Positions 8,130 through 12,514 of a DNA stretch of 12,514 nucleotides are shown in pieces (positions within the stretch are counted from its first letter, which is position 1; every line of letters begins with the position of its first letter). This DNA comes from a bacterium (GTDB lineage: Bacteria; Zhuqueibacterota; Zhuqueibacteria; Oceanimicrobiales; Oceanimicrobiaceae). The DNA lies in assembly GCA_046758365.1 (NCBI GenBank), contig JBHIAC010000096.1, positions 1 through 12,514 on the forward strand, given 5' to 3'. The position numbers were made by a program, and so were the translations under genes. The notes under the pieces are model-generated. The model was given only the letters and a program-made list of their open reading frames with translations. It searched no databases and was not told where the DNA came from.

Positions 8130-8801
8130 TTGACCTTCGAATTAGATTTTCATAACATCGATTGGTCTTTATATGCGATTCTTGATAAAGAGTTTATCAA
8201 AGGCCGGTCTATCTCAACTTTAGCCGAAGATCTAATCAAAGGCGGAGCCGGCGTAATTCAACTTCGAAATAAAATCTCTGAAACAGAAGAATTTTATTTA
8301 GAGGCGTTAAAAGTAAAAGAAGTTACACAGAAACATGGCATCCCCCTCATAATCAACGATCGCTTGGATATTGCCATGGCGGTGAAAGCTGATGGGGTTC
8401 ATTTGGGTCAAAAAGATTTGCCGCTTCAAGTTGCGCGTAGCATGATTGGAGAAAAAATGATTTTGGGCGTATCGGTACACAACTTGAATGAGTTCTACAA
8501 AGCCGTGGAGGGTGGTGCGGATTACTTGGGCGTAGGCACTATCTATCCCACAAATACAAAAGATGATCTGCAAATTATGGGCATTAAAATTGTTGAAACC
8601 CTACGTTCGAAAACGAACTTGCCTTTGATAGCCATTGGAGGAATAACCTTAGAAAATCTCGCGCCTATAATACAGGCGGGAGCTGATGGCGTTGCTGTGA
8701 TATCAGCTCTTTTAAATGTGGAAAATGTGGGTAGTCGCGCTAAAGAATTTGTCCAACAGATTAGAAGTGTGAAACATTCTCTTATTAAAATTTTAGAATA
8801 A
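8130..8801 (+). CDS. thiE: Thiamine phosphate synthase
   Basis: IQLRNK, LIINDRLD, DGVHLGQKD, GVSVH, ADYLGVG.IYPTNTK, AIGGI and GVAVISA. TTG start (GAGG at 8118-8121) is less certain. Confidence 0.93.
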   Translation: MTFELDFHNIDWSLYAILDKEFIKGRSISTLAEDLIKGGAGVIQLRNKISETEEFYLEALKVKEVTQKHGIPLIINDRLDIAMAVKADGVHLGQKDLPLQVARSMIGEKMILGVSVHNLNEFYKAVEGGADYLGVGTIYPTNTKDDLQIMGIKIVETLRSKTNLPLIAIGGITLENLAPIIQAGADGVAVISALLNVENVGSRAKEFVQQIRSVKHSLIKILE

Positions 8802-8830
8802 GTATTAAGTCAAATGTTTATATTTACAAG

Positions 8831-11116
8831 ATGAACCGAAAACAGCGTATTAAAATATCCAGAAAAGAGGAAATTCTAGGTATTTTACTGATGACTCTTG
8901 GGATTTTAGTCTTAGTTAGCCTTTTGACGTACAATTCCCACGAGCAGCCTGGAAATATTACTATTGGTAAAATTGACAACCAATTAGGGGTCGCCGGAGT
9001 TTATATTTCTTATTTTCTAATTCAATATATAATCGGTTATCCTTCATTTGTATTTCCTGTGATAATTTTTTTATGGGGATGGAATCTTTTCCGAGGAAAT
9101 AGATTTTCAATTACGTTTCGCTGGACCGCCTATCTTTTAATTTTTGCCATATATACCTCCATTATTTTAGCCATCCCTGAGGTAACCTCCAAAGGTGCGA
9201 GCAATCTCGGATACGCTCTCTCAGGTTTGATAGGTGGATTAATTGCACAAACCCTTTTTACTTATTTAGGTATAGCTGGTAGTATAGTTGTTTTGTTATT
9301 TCTCATTATGATTACTGTCATCGGGGCTACAAATTTTAGTTTTGCTGGAACTTTCGCTGCTTTAGGAGAAGCCTTATCTTCAACTATTGGTCATTCAAAA
9401 AATAAATTTGAAAAATGGCGTGATAAACGTAAAATCAAAACAGAATATAAAACTCAAACCCATAAAGAGGAAATCACCTGGCGAGAAATAGTTAAACCTC
9501 AAAGAAATATGGGAGAGAAACCTTCAGAAAAATCACAAATTCACCCTCCAGGCAAACAATTAGAGAAGGAGATAGTAGATGATGTAACCAATGATTCTTT
9601 TAATAAAAATTCTTATGGGAAATCTATCTCAGCACAAGCTTATGTGTTTCCTTCTTTAGAATTACTTACATTGCCTAAAACTCCTGAGGATGAAATCAGT
9701 AAAGATGAGCTTATTACCAACGCGCAGGTTTTAGAGAAACGTCTTTTAGAATTCGGAGTTCAAGGTAAAGTGGTTGAAATTAGTCCTGGCCCGGTTATTA
9801 CTCGCTATGAAGTTGAACCTGCTTCTGGGGTTAAAGTAAGCCGAATCACGGCACTTGCTGACGATTTAGCTTTAGCTATGCGGGCAAAAAGTATTCGAAT
9901 TGTAGCCCCAATTCCGGGTAAAGGCGCTGTGGGTATAGAGATTCCTAATAGAAAACATTCTTTGGTATTTTTAAGAGACATTATTGAGTCTGCTCCATTT
10001 CAAAATTCTGATTCCCCACTAACCATCGCCCTCGGTAAAACTATATCTGGTGAACCTTATGTTACCAAGTTAGATCAAATGCCACATCTACTTATCGCAG
10101 GGGCCACGGGTTCTGGAAAAAGCGTTTGTTTGAACACGATTATTGCAAGCATACTTTTTAAGGCTCATCCCACACAAGTTCAATTAGTAATGATTGATCC
10201 TAAAAGGTTGGAACTATCAATTTATAAATATTTGCGTCACCATCATCTAACTTATAGAGAAGATTTAAATGAAGAAGTAATAACGTCAGCGACCAATGCT
10301 ATATCAGTTTTAAAAAGTTTGGAAGCGATCATGGAAAACCGTTATAAGAGTTTAGCCCGAGCAGGAGTTCGAAATATCGTAGATTTTAATAGAAAACTCA
10401 AAAGTGGACAGTTGCGAAATCTTAATGACAAGGAGCCTATAGAACCATTAGAATATCTTGTATTAATTATCGACGAACTGGCGGACCTAATGTTAATTGC
10501 AGCTAAAGAAGTTGAAGAGCCAATCGCCCGTCTAACCCAGATGTCACGGGCAGTTGGAATTCATCTCATTTTAGCTACCCAGCGTCCCTCGGTGGACGTA
10601 ATTACTGGAGTAATAAAAGCCAATTTCCCAGCCCGAATTGCTTTTCAGGTGGCTTCGAAAACGGATTCTCGCACCATTCTTGATGCAAATGGCGCTGAAA
10701 AATTATTAGGGATGGGTGATATGTTGTTCATTGCTCCGGGCAGCGCAGAGCCGGTAAGAATTCATGGGACTTATATTTCTTCTGATGAAATAGAAGCCAT
10801 AATATCTCATATTAGAAAACAGCCCAGATTTCCTAAACACACCTTGCCAATCGCAATAGAAGAATCTGTAGAATACATAGAAGAAAGAGGTATTGGAGGC
10901 AAGCGAGATGAATTGTTTAATGAAGCGTTAAAGCTAGTAGTGCGTCATCAGCAAGGTTCAATTTCATTATTACAAAGACGTTTAAAAGTTGGCTATGCTC
11001 GTGCAGCGCGTTTGATAGATGAATTAGAAGCGGCTGGTGTAGTTGGCGCCTTTGATGGCAGCAAAGCCCGGGAGGTTTTGATAGATGAACAACAGCTTGA
11101 GGAGATGGGATTATAA
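8831..11116 (+). CDS. ftsK: DNA translocase FtsK/SpoIIIE
   Basis: N-terminal TM domain, linker, GPVITRYE, Walker A PHLLIAGATGSGKS, Walker B LIIDELADLM, LATQRPSVDVITG and gamma domain SISLLQRRLKVGYARAARLID. Confidence 0.98.
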   Translation: MNRKQRIKISRKEEILGILLMTLGILVLVSLLTYNSHEQPGNITIGKIDNQLGVAGVYISYFLIQYIIGYPSFVFPVIIFLWGWNLFRGNRFSITFRWTAYLLIFAIYTSIILAIPEVTSKGASNLGYALSGLIGGLIAQTLFTYLGIAGSIVVLLFLIMITVIGATNFSFAGTFAALGEALSSTIGHSKNKFEKWRDKRKIKTEYKTQTHKEEITWREIVKPQRNMGEKPSEKSQIHPPGKQLEKEIVDDVTNDSFNKNSYGKSISAQAYVFPSLELLTLPKTPEDEISKDELITNAQVLEKRLLEFGVQGKVVEISPGPVITRYEVEPASGVKVSRITALADDLALAMRAKSIRIVAPIPGKGAVGIEIPNRKHSLVFLRDIIESAPFQNSDSPLTIALGKTISGEPYVTKLDQMPHLLIAGATGSGKSVCLNTIIASILFKAHPTQVQLVMIDPKRLELSIYKYLRHHHLTYREDLNEEVITSATNAISVLKSLEAIMENRYKSLARAGVRNIVDFNRKLKSGQLRNLNDKEPIEPLEYLVLIIDELADLMLIAAKEVEEPIARLTQMSRAVGIHLILATQRPSVDVITGVIKANFPARIAFQVASKTDSRTILDANGAEKLLGMGDMLFIAPGSAEPVRIHGTYISSDEIEAIISHIRKQPRFPKHTLPIAIEESVEYIEERGIGGKRDELFNEALKLVVRHQQGSISLLQRRLKVGYARAARLIDELEAAGVVGAFDGSKAREVLIDEQQLEEMGL

Positions 11117-11120
11117 TTTA

Positions 11121-11280
11121 TTGTTGACAACCCATATTGGAGATTACGCCCAACATAGAGAGCAAATTGTAGAGTGGGCAAGGAGACTAACGGCCCCATA
11201 GCAGCACCTGTATGAGAGAGTTCTGCCCGCGATCATCAGCTGCTAACCAGTGGGGGCATTCGCTTGGTTTTTGCCTGGCG
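11121..11280 (+). pseudogene. Possible decayed integron gene-cassette ORF fragment
   Basis: About 55% GC (122/220 over 11131-11350, hand count) against AT-rich neighbouring spacers. One frame reads LLTTHIGDYAQHREQIVEWARRLTAP*QHLYERVLPAIISC*PVGAFAWFLPG into the attC. No family recognised. Confidence 0.35.
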
Positions 11281-11353
11281 GCCTAACCACTCGCTGGAGC
11301 AGACGGCGCTGGCTCCTAAATCCGTACGCCGCCGTTCAGCTTGACTGTTAGAT
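11281..11353 (+). mobile_element. Solitary integron attC recombination site (73 bp)
   Basis: R'' GCCTAAC (11281-87), 5-nt spacer, L'' GCTGGAGC (11293-11300), AGACGGCG, 18-nt variable loop, CGCCGCC, L' GTTCAGC (11334-40), 6-nt spacer, R' GTTAGAT (11347-53). Two unpaired bases fall at the positions expected for attC extrahelical bases. Confidence 0.82.
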
Positions 11354-11394
11354 TTTTTGTACCAATGCAGAAATTTAAAGGGTTTGGAGGAAAT

Positions 11395-12048
11395 ATGACC
11401 TATTTTTTATTAATAGCAATTTTTATTGTAAATGCCTTCTCATTTTACTTTTTACCAGAGCTTATTGCTAGCTCAGTCCGTGCTAAGGATATCATTAAAA
11501 AGGTTAAACAAAAATATGAATCTTTAGAAAGCCTGAAAGCAGATTTTGAGCAAGTGTATTCTTGGGAACTGGCCGGTGAAACTCAAACTCTTAAAGGAAC
11601 CATATTCTTGAAGTCTGGAAACAACTACAGAATTGAAACCGAAAGTCAGATTATTGTGACCGATGGAAAAACAGTCTGGACTTACTCAGAATCCAATCAA
11701 CAAGTCATTATTGATCTTTTAACAAAGTCAGAAGAAAATCCACTGCCTAAAGACCTTCTTTTTAAATATTCCGAGGATTTTACGCCTCACCTTGTTGGGG
11801 AAGAAAAGATAGAAGGTAAAAAAACGTACCTATTAAATTTAGTACCCAAGGATGAAGAAGCGTTTATAAAATCTATGAAAATTTGGGTGGAGGCGTCCAG
11901 TTGGTTAACCATTAAAATTGAGCAGATTGACATTAATGATAATGTTAACACATATTATGTGAGAAACGTTAAACAAAATATCCAATTGGATGACTCGCTT
12001 TTTACATTTGAAATTCCGCCTGATACTGAGGTAGTGGACTTGAGATAG
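11395..12048 (+). CDS. lolA: Outer-membrane lipoprotein carrier protein LolA
   Basis: Signal peptide, then SLKADFEQ...GTIFLKSGNNYRIE...QIIVTDGKTVWTYS...QVII...FTFEIPPDTEVVDLR. Canonical position after ftsK. Start reassigned to ATG 11395, which follows GGAGG at 11386-11390. Confidence 0.9.
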   Translation: MTYFLLIAIFIVNAFSFYFLPELIASSVRAKDIIKKVKQKYESLESLKADFEQVYSWELAGETQTLKGTIFLKSGNNYRIETESQIIVTDGKTVWTYSESNQQVIIDLLTKSEENPLPKDLLFKYSEDFTPHLVGEEKIEGKKTYLLNLVPKDEEAFIKSMKIWVEASSWLTIKIEQIDINDNVNTYYVRNVKQNIQLDDSLFTFEIPPDTEVVDLR

Positions 12049-12101
12049 GATTTCTTAAAATGATTTTCTAATATAATCACATACCTTAATATTATTTAAA
12101 G

Positions 12102-12114
12102 ATTGTCCGACAAT
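12102..12114. promoter_or_regulatory. Perfect palindrome ATTGTC-C-GACAAT upstream of sat, candidate operator
   Basis: 6-1-6 inverted repeat about 50 nt upstream of the sat start. Near copies at 7930-7942 and 11120-11130. Confidence 0.4.
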
Positions 12115-12165
12115 AATATTAAACATTATATCAAATTATAAATTAACAAATAAGAGAGGAGTTTC

Positions 12166-12514
12166 ATGGATCTAATAGAACCTCATGGAGGGGAGTTAAT
12201 TAATCGGGTGTTGCGTGGGGATGCACGGGAATCAGCACTTGGGAAAACGAAACATTTAAAAAAGTTGTGCTTGAGCTCTACATCTATTTCCGATCTGGAG
12301 TTAATAGCCGTGGGCGCTTTTAGCCCATTGACAGGATTTATGAATCAGGCTGATTATGAGAGTGTGGTCGAGAATATGCGGCTTGCCAATGGATTGGTCT
12401 GGTCAATTCCCATTACCTTACCTGTTTCGAACGATTTTGCTTTGGCGGTGAAGCTCGGGGAGGAGATTGTGCTCACTACCGAAGATGATTTTCCTGTGGG
12501 TTTGTTGACCATAG
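12166..12514 (+). CDS. sat: Sulfate adenylyltransferase (ATP sulfurylase, Sat type), 5' part, runs off the window
   Basis: Absent from the ORF track. Hand translation gives MDLIEPHGGELINRV...SDLELIAVGAFSPLTGFMNQADYESVVENMRLANGLVWSIPITLPV, with the PHGG.L, GAFSPL.GFM and WSIPI Sat motifs. GAGAGGAG RBS. Confidence 0.95.
   Translation, partial: MDLIEPHGGELINRVLRGDARESALGKTKHLKKLCLSSTSISDLELIAVGAFSPLTGFMNQADYESVVENMRLANGLVWSIPITLPVSNDFALAVKLGEEIVLTTEDDFPVGLLTI

Noticed and set aside
1742..11199. Short alternative or antisense ORFs in the track (1742-1960, 2237-2431, 2289-2471, 4905-5219, 6033-6272, 6230-6505, 7036-7218, 7440-7661, 7783-7986, 8307-8573, 10993-11199)
   Set aside because: All lie wholly or mostly within well-supported + strand genes and show no recognisable motifs, so they are treated as shadow ORFs.
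11241..11280. Second attC starting at TGCTAAC
   Set aside because: Does not fit RYYYAAC and has no matching L boxes or GTTRRRY end.
11341..11394. TTG start for lolA at 11341
   Set aside because: It lies inside the attC site and has no RBS. ATG 11395 has GGAGG and places the signal peptide at the N-terminus.
1..12514. CRISPR array, tRNA/rRNA, integrase or transposase genes
   Set aside because: No regularly spaced direct repeats, cloverleaf or rRNA-like segments, or recombinase ORFs were seen.

Overview
AT-rich bacterial chromosomal window with all genes on the + strand. The organism is a diderm, probably FCB-related (KSB1/Ignavibacteria/Calditrichota-like; inferred from gene order and the FabZ N-terminus). 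Gene order: 3' end of a probable OmpH/Skp gene, decayed lpxD remnant, inverted-repeat element, fabZ carrying what looks like the linker of a lost LpxC-FabZ fusion, second inverted-repeat element where lpxA normally sits, lipoate ligase/LipM-family gene, unknown secreted beta-barrel-like protein, dxr, rseP, class I/II aminotransferase, gcvT, thiE, ftsK, lolA and the 5' part of sat. Two things stand out. (1) The lipid A genes appear to have been dismantled around a preserved fabZ, while other outer-membrane genes remain. (2) A well-formed solitary integron attC site with a GC-rich decayed cassette-like segment lies between ftsK and lolA. A recurring ATTGTYNGACAAT palindrome occurs in three intergenic regions.
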